From an uncultured Nitrososphaeraceae archaeon (GTDB lineage Archaea; Thermoproteota; Nitrososphaeria; Nitrososphaerales; Nitrososphaeraceae), in contig CAVXZB010000018.1 in assembly GCA_963765895.1 (NCBI GenBank), positions 1-45,991 on the forward strand: a stretch of DNA of 45,991 nt, in the 5' to 3' direction. A program made the position numbers and the translations under genes. This document shows positions 20,394-30,644 of this stretch, in pieces. Positions within the stretch are counted from its first letter, which is position 1. Every line of letters starts with the position of its first letter. Below the pieces are notes generated by a model that ran no database searches, had not been told where the DNA came from, and saw nothing but the letters and a program-made list of their open reading frames with translations.

Positions 20394-22080
20394 TCACTCG
20401 CAATTCCTTGCCTTCGTATCAACACCTGGCTGAAAGTCAGTAATTGTGTCAGTACCTGCACCACAATTAAATTGGTCGCGTCCTGCACCTCCCGTAAGGA
20501 TATCATTGCCATTACCTCCAAATATTTGATCGTTACCTGAACCGCCTTGTATCATATCATTTCCTGCGTCTCCATACAACATATCATTTCCTTGGCTTCC
20601 TGCAATACGATCATCTCCGTTACCACCATTTATAATGTCAGCTCCATTGCATCCATTTATTCCATCATTTCCACCTCTGCCATTAATAATATCAGCTCCT
20701 GAAGTTCCTATTAGAGTATCATCTCCGTTTGTACCCATGATGATCCTGTTAGTTCTGGTACTAATACATGAACTATCAGGAGGCGGAGCGAGCTGCCGTT
20801 ACTTGCCATATAAATGAGACAAAAGGTCCTTGAAGTGCTGTACTATCGGTAGCCCTAAACTGAGCTGTGTGCTGGCCGATAGCTATATTTGTGTAGGTCA
20901 GAGTACTGGCACAGTTTGAAAAGGCAGAATTATCTAGACTACATTGAAATGTTATGGGTGGTGTACCGCCAGAGGATGTTAATTGGAACGTGATTTTATT
21001 CGAACTAGTTGAGCCAGCATTCTGAACAGGATTATTATTACCATCAATGGCAGAAGTTATCAGAGTATTTGGAAGACCTGGAGGCCTAGTAGATATCACG
21101 GAAACAGTATTCCCAGGTGCCTCATTTGAATTAAAATTGGTCACATAAACATTTCGATGTACTGGGTCATATACTGGAGTAACTGGTCCTTGCCCCACGG
21201 TAACATTACCTATGACCAGGTTGTTAGTGCCGTTAATTAATGAGACATAGTTTGCGCCCTGATTGCCCACATAGACAATACCATTATCTGCGTCAAATCC
21301 AACACCCGTCGGATCCGGACCTACGGTAATTGTTTTAGTCACGATATTTGTGGAACTATCTATAGCAGAGACAACTTGTGTATCGTGATTTGCCGCATAT
21401 ATGTTACCGTTGACCGAGTTATATGTAAGAAATACAGGGTTTGGTACATTTGCTACAGTAGCTACCACAGTTCTAGACGCTCCATCTATTACCGAGATGG
21501 GTCCAGAACCTGTATTAGGAATGTATGTAAGCCCGTTACCTGGGTTAAAGACTCCTTGTAATGGTTGTCCTCCAACCGTTATGGTATCAATAACTGCTCT
21601 GGTTGCTCCGTCTATTACTGAAATAGTTCCACTTCCTGCGTTAACTGCATATATGTAGTCATTAACAGGATCATAAATCACGCCATCTACTATTGAGCCA
21701 CTGCTTTGTACCGTGTCAATCACATTATTAGTTGTAGCATCTATTACTGATAATGTGTTTGAATATACGTTAGCTGTATAGACGTAATTACGTTTAGAAT
21801 CAAGAGCAAGTTCGCGTGGAGTATAATTATTTGGTAGGTGAATAGTTGCAAGTACACTATTAGATGTTGTATCTATTACAGATACCGTACTTGAAGCAAT
21901 ATCTGCAGTATACACATGACCTGTAATTGGATTAAAAAGCGCGCCATACGGACCAGTACCTACAGTTATCGTTGCAATTACAGCATCAGCCAAGGCACTT
22001 TCTATACCCATAAAAGTGCCAGATAATGCAAGTGCTAGAATAACGCTTAGACCAGACATATAACAGATTGCATATTTCAC
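20394..22080 (-). CDS. Secreted YVTN beta-propeller / Ig-like / RTX-repeat surface protein; one gene split by an indel near 20790
   Basis: Signal peptide; seven YVxN..TVSVID repeats; TFQCSLD domain; frame switch gives APPPDSSCISTRTNRIIMGTNG into GGxGxD repeats. Confidence 0.85.
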
Positions 22081-22351
22081 TGCCAGTCAAATGATGTTTT
22101 GAATCATATACTAATAAATAGAGAGATGCATAATACGATACCGAAGATTAATAAACGATTTTAATCGCTCAGTTATGTAGGTTAACTAAGAGATTTGTTA
22201 CTAACAACTAGTTTAGTACAATCGATATAAACAATGTAGCTGCGAACGAGATTCCCAGTAATTTATCTCATTACTTTGTGTCTACTGTCCTAGAGGACGG
22301 GTGTAATCGCTCGCCATCTGTCAGATCCCTATGTGTCACTCCTTCAATAAA

Positions 22352-22487
22352 TTTTTATACATAGGACAAGATCGGAATTTAACCCCATACCATATAATTA
22401 TCAGGAAATGGCGTTATAACCCGATATGCGAGATGCCAGATTATAAATATTATCGAAAAATGGGGTATGCTAAGATTAGATTGACTG
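22352..22487 (-). repeat. Dispersed ~150-bp repeat, copy B (inverted)
   Basis: Minus strand: TTTTCGATAATATTTATAATCTGGCATCTCGCATATC..TATAACGCCATTTCCTGATAATTAT..TCCGATCTTGTC. Confidence 0.7.
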
Positions 22488-22654
22488 TTCGATATACATA
22501 GATCTTGATCAGAAAAACTCGTTAGTAACTAAGCCATGGGTGCGTGCTATGCCTTGCCTGCATTCCATCAGATTATGCTAAGTTAAGATGGTTGCTTGTG
22601 ATGGCGCGCACACCATTCATGCACTTAGTTCTTTATCATCAATTGCATTTAATT

Positions 22655-22843
22655 TTACCATGGATATTGAATAGTATTATTTGATGGTAAATGAACTGTA
22701 TCAGACTGTTTAACTTTGTGAAATGACAGAATTTTCTCACTTGTTTGAGCTATGAGCTTGTCTAGTGCTTCACGGTTCACGAGTTGTCTAGTCATTTTTA
22801 GCAGTTTGCGCGCGCATCTTAACGACCGTAGGTAGTTTTTCAT
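22655..22843 (-). CDS. Small hypothetical protein
   Basis: 62 aa; its 3' part has a diverged second copy at 7689-7750. Confidence 0.45.
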   Translation of the reverse strand: MKNYLRSLRCARKLLKMTRQLVNREALDKLIAQTSEKILSFHKVKQSDTVHLPSNNTIQYPW

Positions 22844-22944
22844 CTATTGCATCATCGAATCTTTTATTAGGATATTCCTGACACTCTCTTCTGATTTACT
22901 CTAAAACGGTATATTTGGCTCGCCTTATCATATTTAGCATACAT

Positions 22945-23086
22945 AAATTTTATCATCATTCTATGACGTTGAGTCTACACCTACAACGCAGAATCTTTGA
23001 CAATATTCATAATCTGCCATTACTCATGTAGTATCATATCGCCAATTCCGGTACAATTATGTCAGATGTAGAGTCCGAGGTGTTAA
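22945..23086 (+). repeat. Dispersed ~150-bp repeat, copy C
   Basis: AAATTTTATCATCATTC..GAGTCTACAC..AACGCAG..TTGACAATATTCATAATCTGCCA..CATATCGCCAATTCCGGTACAATTAT. Confidence 0.75.
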
Positions 23087-23200
23087 AAGTATTGGGTATT
23101 AGCACTATCCAAGGCCTTCGTGATCCTGGTAATAACACAATTTTTTAGAAATGTTCCCCTCCAAGCCGAATTAGTGACAATAATATAAATACACTATCTA

Positions 23201-23674
23201 ATGGGAGATTTTTATATGAAATTAGTAGAAGACTCAGAATTGAGTCAGCTTGGTAGGATATATGATGATGTGCTTACGTCTGCAGAGATTAATATCCGCC
23301 ATAGACCATGCATAAGTTCATTTGATAATCTCAATCGACGAGTATCGTTCTTGGTTATTCCTACTCTGGAAGATTTGAAATATACCATGTTCGAACCGAC
23401 TGATCCTGCACAAGAAGTCGGATATCCATTAAAGGTAACTAGTAAGGAACACATAGAATCGGCAGCTTTTCTAGCCCAATCCCCTCCTGGAACCCTTGGT
23501 CATCATGATATGATTCCAACCTTAGTCTCAAGAATTACTAAGATAGTAACAGACCAAATTCATAGGTTTACCGAGGAAGTCATCGCTCTTGGTGGGACAA
23601 CAAGGATAATTGATGCTGATGGTCTTACACCGATATCGCAGGACCATTTGTTCAAGAAATATTATCCAGTTTAG
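23201..23674 (+). CDS. Hypothetical protein between repeat copies C and D
   Basis: 157-aa ORF with TATATAAA about 20 nt upstream; no recognised motif. Confidence 0.65.
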   Translation: MGDFYMKLVEDSELSQLGRIYDDVLTSAEINIRHRPCISSFDNLNRRVSFLVIPTLEDLKYTMFEPTDPAQEVGYPLKVTSKEHIESAAFLAQSPPGTLGHHDMIPTLVSRITKIVTDQIHRFTEEVIALGGTTRIIDADGLTPISQDHLFKKYYPV

Positions 23675-23834
23675 GAGGAAAATGCCGAAGAATATTCAAA
23701 GATTGGATTCTGGACTCATTACCTTAGTAGTGATTTTACTGTCCTAAATTCACAGCAACTTGTTTTTAACGTCTAACGGATCCATATCCATAACACGCAT
23801 TATTTTGCGCGCGCCTCGTGATCGAAATACAATT

Positions 23835-23991
23835 AAATTTTATTACCATCCTGGGAATGTCAGTCTACGCTTATGACGCAGCCTCTTCAAAACTATTTAT
23901 AATCTGGCACCCCACATATCATACTATATCGCTATTTCCGGGATAATTCTGCAGGATATGTTAAGAACTCCCGACGTGTCTGAAACGTTTA
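23835..23991 (+). repeat. Dispersed ~150-bp repeat, copy D
   Basis: AAATTTTATTACCATCC..CAGTCTACGC..GACGCAG..TATTTATAATCTGGCA..TATATCGCTATTTCCGGGATAATT. Confidence 0.75.
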
Positions 23992-24174
23992 TGATTAGTA
24001 GATGCAAACATAATTCTACAATAACTTTCAGTAAAGAGGCGTGTTGGCATTTAGTAGTCTGCGGCATAGAGGAATTTTGTCTCCAGATCCTCAATTAGAA
24101 AATTGTCTAGTTTACATCTTGTACGGAAATTTTACTAGACGTGAGTGCAGTAGTAGATAATGATCTGTTGTCTG

Positions 24175-25543
24175 CTACCACCCCAATGCCTTTGCGGATT
24201 TATTAGCTGCTTCATCTAGAGCTTGCTTTGGTTCTTTTATGCCATAGTAAACTTCGTCAAGTGCATGACGAATATTTTCCGCTATCTGAGGATATTCTGG
24301 TATACTGGGTCTACTGTGTCCTGTTTTGAGTAAAGTGATCAATTGATCGTAATAGGGTGTTGTATTAAATATTACTCTTGAATATGGATCCTGGCCTATA
24401 GGTATCTGTGTGGGAAGAGTCGAGTGTGCTGCTAAATATGGAGCAAGTATTTTTGGTTTTAGCATTATTGTGAGCAAGCTCCCACGCAAGCTGTTTATGG
24501 TTCGACGTCAAAGGAACAGCCAATTCCCAACCCCCCATTAAACTAGCGGTCGTATTGGTTGGACTTGGTACCGGAAACATAGGTATGAATCCTACCTTTT
24601 GTTCAAATTCTGCCCGTTTTTCGGGAGAAGTAATTGAAAATTTCTCGTTTATCTGATGTTGTAATGCTTCGGGTAACCATGATCCTTCAATCATTACTGC
24701 AAACTTCCTTTCAAGAAATTCTAACCCACCAAAATGATTCCTCTGTGGTTTAATTCCAGCATCTACCTGCTGTTTGATAAAATTCATTGCTTTTACACCT
24801 TCACTACTATTATACGCAGGAAACCAGTAACTGCCTTTTGTTGGATGTCCAGACTTCATCTTCAAAATTTGGCCACCAAGCATCCAAAGATATGGATACC
24901 ATAAGTCAGGAGAATGACTGGCACCTGTAAGATGTACTCCTTCTATTCCTTGGGGTCTAAGAACTGTGTTTAGTTTTTTTGCAGCTGCAATATATCCATC
25001 CCAAGTCTTTAAGGAATTGGGATCAACACCCGCCTTGCCTAATAGATCTTTCCAGTACCATATTCCTCTAATATCAGTCCATGCCCATATTCCATAGACC
25101 TTTCCACTGTATATGCCGCCATCCCAATTCTGTTGGTACCAGTCGTTTTGTCTTCCCCAATTCTTCGTATAATTGGTAAGATCAGTCAAGAGTCCTTTCT
25201 GAGCAAACTCTCCAAGCCATATTTGATCCAACGATATTAGATCAACTGTAGTCTTTGCCTCTAATGCCGCTAACATGTGTGGTCTAGCTTGACTATATGG
25301 AAGCTTTGTGACGTTTAGTAATATTTCTAGATCAGGATGTTTTACTCTTAGCTCCTGTAGCGCTGATTGGAGTAATGCATTCCAACTTTGTGGATCCTCT
25401 TGGTCCTCAAGCATTACCGAAATCGTAACTCTCTGCTTTTGCGCCTTAGCAGGTATTCCAACCGGGGTAAAAGAATTCAGTACTGCACAAAGTATAACTC
25501 AAATAACGGCACCTACTATGGTGCTCGTACGAAGACACTTCAT
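24175..25543 (-). pseudogene. Carbohydrate ABC transporter solute-binding protein, disrupted
   Basis: ATG at 25543 (MKCLRTSTIVGAVI*VIL) with in-frame TGA in the signal peptide; DQIWLGEFA, YWKDLL, GGWELAVP; indel near 24475; no permease nearby. Confidence 0.85.
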
Positions 25544-25838
25544 TATAGGAGACCACATTAGAGATAAAGAAGGTCATTTTTAACTATTTTCTGAATTAGG
25601 AAAAAAATTAATGTGGACTTTACATTATGCCATTTTTATGGGCAGATCCAACAATAGCAAATCCATTTCCGGGTATAGCATCAGCATTTCAAGGTCATAG
25701 TTTAACTAAAAGTCCCCCTATTCAAATTATCATTCTAATTAGTGTACAACTCGGGGTTGCGCTATTGTAAGTCCTAATGGAACAAGTGGAGGTTAAATAT
25801 TAAACCAATAAATGTTCCGAATATGATGACCTTCCTTA

Positions 25839-26577
25839 TTATTGAATCACTCCCGCGAATCTATTCATATCTTCACTCGCATACTTGGCAACCACAGTAT
25901 TTGCTGATTTGGCATTCTTGAGCATATTAACTAAATCAGATAAACGATTGGCTGGTATCGCACAGGTCATGTCGGTGGCTCGCCATTCCAGTGTGTACTC
26001 TGCTTAGCATGCAGCCCAAACTTAAGGCGATAGCCTTTTGTTCCTTTGCCATAGGTATGATATGACATTGCGGCTTTCCTTCAAAATGAATATCAGATAC
26101 CGCGTCTGATAGAATCATAGCCTGCATTGCATTTACGAAGAGGAGAACAACGTCAGGATCGAAACTAGTATCTTCAAGTGGACCATACGTAATGAATTCT
26201 GGACGTTTTTTCACCATAGGGAGCTGCTTAACCATGTCATTCGTAACCCAACCACATTCTAGTAAGCTCAACACATCAGAGTTGTTTGCAACCTCACTTA
26301 ACGTCTTTAGACCATGAGTAACACTACCAACACTACAGTTCCCGTGGTCCTGCGGGACCGTTGTAAAGGTTTGCTTTCCGGCTTTCATCCAAAAAACGCA
26401 GCCGGCAGGAACCTTTCCGGTTCTTCCATCAGATGTCGGTTCTGGCATATTTCCTTCATATTGCTGCACCTCTGACGGGACGACATTAGAAAAAGTAATG
26501 GCTATGGGGAGGGATTGTAAATTCAATAGTGTTGTAATCTCAGAAGATATTTCTTTCCAATTGTTCATATATGTCAA
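25839..26577 (-). CDS. DUF169-like protein, C-terminal frameshift near 25976
   Basis: PAGCVFW, NCSVG, YGPL..DPDVVL, GKPQC, LGCMLSR; alternate frame continues TDMTCAIPANRL to a stop at 25839. Confidence 0.8.
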
Positions 26578-26810
26578 CTCTTGGCTATTGTATTAAGTCT
26601 TCGTAAACCTCAATTTCTCCTTCTTCAATATGTCCTTAATTCCAAATGTTCGCAGCAATCTCGCCATACCCTCTTTCACAAGACCAAAGACCGATTGAGA
26701 TTAATGGATGATGATGCCTTTCAATGAGATTAATGCAGCTTATGAGATGAGATCCGAACATTCGAACATATAATCTACTTTTTTGTTGCGAGCATCACTT
26801 TTTTTCTAGG

Positions 26811-27083
26811 TCAGTAAATTCGACAGATATGCTTTTCCATTTCCCACTTGTCTCCCTTTCGTCCGCAGTCTTCACATACTCTAATATCCGAACCTTCGTA
26901 CAAGCGACGGATATGTCCAGCATTATTCTTTGACCTCTGATTAGTACAAGTTGAGGCTACCTCATCATTATAATTGGATTTTTCTACGCCGCCACCTACT
27001 TGCTGTAAAGAAATTTGCCCCCCACGTGGGCACTCATATTGTGAGTTTGGACGATGTAAAGAAAAATCCCGTATTAAATTTAA
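26811..27083 (-). pseudogene. Detached C-terminal segment with Cys/His zinc-finger-like motif, probably from the MCM-like gene
   Basis: 90 open codons with no start, ending RLYEGSDIRVCEDCGRKGDKWEMEKHICRIY*. Confidence 0.6.
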
Positions 27084-27101
27084 TTTATTATATATATATA
27101 A

Positions 27102-28050
27102 GGCTGTGTAGAAACCATCTCATACAGTCAAAGCTTTGTAAGAGTATAATACCAATAGTCTATTGAAAGAATCAATGTACAGTCAGACTTGCAGGTACTA
27201 TGTTCCGTGTTTTGAAGCATGCAAGGATTCCTCTATTTTCTAACAGGAAAAGTAATCACATATTTACAATATGGCAGCACATAGTTCTAGTTGCTATACG
27301 ACAGTATGAAGGTAAGAGTTATAGAATGTTTGTCGAGTGGTTAATTGAAGCCTATTACCTAAGGTCATTTCTACGATTGTCACGTATTCCTCATTTTACA
27401 ACATTGCAAAAGTTTACAGATAGAATCAATAATTCATTGCTTGAAAAGATAATTTCGTCATTCATTGTAATTAGTGGTACCAAGCATATCTTTGCAGGAA
27501 TAGATTCAACAGGATTTAAGATAACTCATGCATCACAATATTATACTGATCGAACAGAATTGAGAAGAAAATATGCGAAATTATCTATTGGAGTAGATGT
27601 ATTACAACAAATCATATGTACAATTAAGATAAGATGAGCTCCAACAAGGCATGATAATGTAGATTTCAGGCCAATTATAACAAGGACATCAAATATTCTT
27701 CCATTATCTGTAGTTACAGCTGATAAGGGTTACGATAGTGAAGATAATCACCTTCTCGTAAGAGAGGACTTACATGCATTCAGTATTATTCCTGCTCGAT
27801 ATGAACATGTACCGATGTGGAGAACACATGGTAAGTACAGAAAGCAGATGAAGCGTGGTTACTCCAAATTGCTGTACAATCAACGAAACAAAGATGAAAC
27901 CATAATATCAGTTATAAAACGACTATTTGGAGAGAATCTTATGTCTAGATTGACTAGAATGCAGAACAGAGAGTTATCATTTAGATGTATCACCTACAAT
28001 ATGCATAGACTGACTAATCTTGTAATATTGATGATGTTTTCTACATAGCC
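27102..28050 (+). mobile_element. IS5-family-like insertion sequence, 949 bp
   Basis: TIRs GGCTGTGTAGAAACCATC and GATGTTTTCTACATAGCC; flanked by identical TATTATATATATATAA (27086-27101, 28051-28066). Confidence 0.9.
27200..28048 (+). pseudogene. DDE transposase with internal TGA at 27635-27637
   Basis: IPHFTTLQKF, AGIDSTG, ADKGYDSE, YNQRNKDET; both ORF pieces are in the same frame. Confidence 0.9.
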
Positions 28051-29535
28051 TATTATATATATATAATTATATGATAATATAGGCATTGGAGGCAAGCGTG
28101 GGGTACATTTTTCTTTACAGGTATATGACTGACATGTGGCGCTTTTTTCTTTACACATGCTAGGCGGACGTGGGGTACATTTTTCTTTACACCAGCCTAC
28201 CAGCTCTTTGAACTCATAGGTCAGAAACCACTCATAGTCAGATTTCAGTTGTATCTCCATTTTGGAATTGTACATATCCAGCTCATCCCCATATTTTTGG
28301 ACTAGGCCTATCGCCTGTAATTCTGTCATGGTTTTAAGAGCCGTGGGTTTAGTTGTATTCAATCCCTTTACGATATGCTGTGTAGAAAGATTGCCATTAT
28401 TAGATATTAGAAGCTGGAATATGGTGACTCTTTCTATTGAAGCCGTTGATAAAACTACATTTGCAATAATGGGAATATCAGCCAGTGCGATATAATCCCT
28501 GCCCTGTGACAAAGCATGCCCTCTTGCCAAGTTACTAAGCTGGGTTATTGCCCTTGACGGATCTTCTATATTTGCAAGACGGTATGCGTATTCTGAACCC
28601 TGAGTATTTTTAGTCTCCCACGTAGGGACTATAGCTCTTAAAGGCGCCAGTAATTTGGCTAACCTTATAATATATCTGTGTGCTAATTCTTCATCTTTAT
28701 CACGGTTTGATGATATCTTTGGATGATTATTATCCCATATTATTTGCGGATTTGTCTCAAAATATTCTAGGTATTCAATCAAAGCTTTTTGGATTGCCTG
28801 CTTTTTCTCTCCAAAATTCTCATTCCTTTTATCATAGTAATAATCCTCGCTCTCTTCTGATTTCGACAATCTATAGAAATACAATTTCGGTCCCAGTACA
28901 GACAGCTGTTTGTGTACTTTGGGAGGGATGTCAACAGCAGCTCCTAGCCAAGTAAACATAATCTCTTCATTATAACCTCTATGACCCTGCGCGCCAGTAT
29001 CGCTCTCATAGCCATGTCCGTCCAGTATTCGAGTCATAATTCCAAGTGTCTGAATTAGTTCCTCTTCTCGTTGTGCAAAGGTCGGGGCCAGTTCTGGAGT
29101 AAGGAAGAATTTATTCTTGATCTTGGGAAGCATGTCGATTTCTTTCAACTTATCCTTACTCACGACAGAGTTATGAGAAACAAACGCTTTTGCGCTAAAG
29201 TTATCAGTGTAGAAAGTATTATTGGGGCCTCTAAATAGCTCTATACTTACTGTCTTTAATGAGCTTGCTGGTCCTAACAATATACCAGCAAAAGGGAGAT
29301 TACAATCTTTGATATTCAGAATAGATTTTACTGACAGTGCAAATTCCAATGCTGGCCATAATTTGGGAATATTAGTTAGTGTTACTTTTTTAAGACATTC
29401 ATATTTTTCAAGCAGCCTGGCTGGCAAATAATTTGGATCTGGCTTTGGATGTGATGTCGGAGCTTGATTATTTTTCTTATTATCACTACCATCTAGGCCG
29501 CCTGTCGCGCCAACAAGTCCCATCTTAATCTTCAA
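27994..29535 (-). CDS. Divergent MCM-like AAA+ ATPase with C-terminal winged helix; putative replication protein. Last ~18 codons derive from the IS
   Basis: Degenerate Walker A ILLGPASSLKT, Walker-B-like FFLTPE, Arg-finger-like EDPSRAITQL, ARGHAL..GRD, HTH LSTQHIVKGLNTTKPTALKTMTELQAIGLV. Confidence 0.65.
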   Translation of the reverse strand: MKIKMGLVGATGGLDGSDNKKNNQAPTSHPKPDPNYLPARLLEKYECLKKVTLTNIPKLWPALEFALSVKSILNIKDCNLPFAGILLGPASSLKTVSIELFRGPNNTFYTDNFSAKAFVSHNSVVSKDKLKEIDMLPKIKNKFFLTPELAPTFAQREEELIQTLGIMTRILDGHGYESDTGAQGHRGYNEEIMFTWLGAAVDIPPKVHKQLSVLGPKLYFYRLSKSEESEDYYYDKRNENFGEKKQAIQKALIEYLEYFETNPQIIWDNNHPKISSNRDKDEELAHRYIIRLAKLLAPLRAIVPTWETKNTQGSEYAYRLANIEDPSRAITQLSNLARGHALSQGRDYIALADIPIIANVVLSTASIERVTIFQLLISNNGNLSTQHIVKGLNTTKPTALKTMTELQAIGLVQKYGDELDMYNSKMEIQLKSDYEWFLTYEFKELVGWCKEKCTPRPPSMCKEKSATCQSYTCKEKCTPRLPPMPILSYNYIYIIGYVENIINITRLVSLCIL

Positions 29536-29926
29536 ACCTCCACAAAACCTTAAAAGCCGCGCCGCTGACGTGGTAATATCTCTGATTTACACTTTCCATT
29601 AATGATTGAATTGCTTCTGTCACTGTTTTATCAAAAAGCCTTGGATCGCAATGCTTTAGTTGCTCAAGCTCGTTCAGTAATTGTTTTTTCAAGTCTGAAC
29701 AGTTGATCACAAATACTGGCGAAGGCTTCCATATACTTACTCTATAGAGAACATACTCGGCCTGGGCATAATACTTGTGATCTATTATTATGTGTCCATC
29801 TTTGGTAATCTCATAGATTGCTGCTGAGCCCAGTTGAGATGAAAGCTCATCTCTAATGGCCGCAGTGCTAAGTAGTTGTAATTCTGCCCTTTCTTCGGCT
29901 ATGGCTTGCTTTTGGCTTTCTTGCAT
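29525..29926 (-). CDS. Hypothetical protein, paralogue of 29955-30413
   Basis: IRDELSSQLGS..KDG..KY..YRV..FVI..DL..LKHCD..ESV aligns by eye with the neighbour; overlaps the ATPase start. Confidence 0.7.
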   Translation of the reverse strand: MQESQKQAIAEERAELQLLSTAAIRDELSSQLGSAAIYEITKDGHIIIDHKYYAQAEYVLYRVSIWKPSPVFVINCSDLKKQLLNELEQLKHCDPRLFDKTVTEAIQSLMESVNQRYYHVSGAAFKVLWRFED

Positions 29927-29954
29927 TTGTAGATTGCACCATCTCAGTCGGCGA

Positions 29955-30413
29955 TTATTGTATCGAATGTGGCGAGTGCATATCTCTTACTTCAGGATCT
30001 ACTCCCATTCCATATGATGTCTGACGCTTAGCTTCAAGTACCGACTCGCCAACACTATCAAATATTCTGCCAATAACTTCTTTCATTACATAATCCGCTA
30101 ATTCATAATCAATGTGTTCTAGCTCTTCAATGATCCTCATTGACAAATCGTCAGGATCTATATAGAAAATTGCTAGACCATCCATTGGTAGTCTATAGGC
30201 ATAAGATTTGGCAAGTTCTCGATACTTTCTTTTCCGTGATCCATCCTTTTTACCCTTCGTCCATTTACTATCCAACTGTAAATAGATTTCATCACAAAGA
30301 CTGTCTAGCGGCCATTGCCCGACTTCAAACTCCCCCTTCTTCCTGCTCTTTGTTTGACTATGGGTATAAGTCGAACCATTGTCTTGAGATAGCGAGTTCT
30401 TAATATTATTCAT
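29955..30413 (-). CDS. Hypothetical protein, paralogue of 29525-29926
   Basis: LCDEIYLQLDS..KDG..KY..YRL..FYI..DL..LEHID..DSV; overlaps the AbrB-like gene. Confidence 0.7.
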   Translation of the reverse strand: MNNIKNSLSQDNGSTYTHSQTKSRKKGEFEVGQWPLDSLCDEIYLQLDSKWTKGKKDGSRKRKYRELAKSYAYRLPMDGLAIFYIDPDDLSMRIIEELEHIDYELADYVMKEVIGRIFDSVGESVLEAKRQTSYGMGVDPEVRDMHSPHSIQ

Positions 30414-30588
30414 GTAATCTCTCCACCTTTTCCAAAACTAGCCTCTGGCCGTCAACCCGGCATTTTAAAAACTCGCCTTTTCCTATTCCCAATTCTACAG
30501 CAAACTCTTTTGGCAATACTACGGTAAAGCTCCTTTCACCATGTAACGCTTGGACGCGTCTGATTTCTATATTGTCTGTATTAGACAT
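30406..30588 (-). CDS. AbrB/MazE/SpoVT-family DNA-binding protein
   Basis: IRRVQ..SFTVVLPKEFAVELGIGKGEFL..LVLEK swapped-hairpin pattern. Confidence 0.85.
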   Translation of the reverse strand: MSNTDNIEIRRVQALHGERSFTVVLPKEFAVELGIGKGEFLKCRVDGQRLVLEKVERLHE

Positions 30589-30644
30589 AAATTATATAAT
30601 AGAAATTCACCATAATCAAGCGGTCGCTTACTCAGTCACCATGC

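Larger units (their letters stand above)
27004..28191. repeat. Inverted array of iteron-like TGTAAAGAAAAATGTACCCCACG repeats around a TA tract (candidate origin), interrupted by an IS
   Basis: Plus-strand copies at 27004-27026 and 27055-27070; minus-strand copies at 28097-28119, 28135-28155 and 28169-28191 (36-bp period). Confidence 0.7.

Noticed and set aside
9936-23991. Classical integron attC sites
   Set aside because: No RYYYAAC/GTTRRRY ends or long bottom-strand hairpin seen, and the integrase is not recognisably IntI
25490-27640. Selenocysteine or TGA recoding at 25499-25501 and 27635-27637
   Set aside because: One lies in a signal peptide and the other in a transposase at a non-Cys position; TGA ends many genes here, so nonsense mutation or error is simpler
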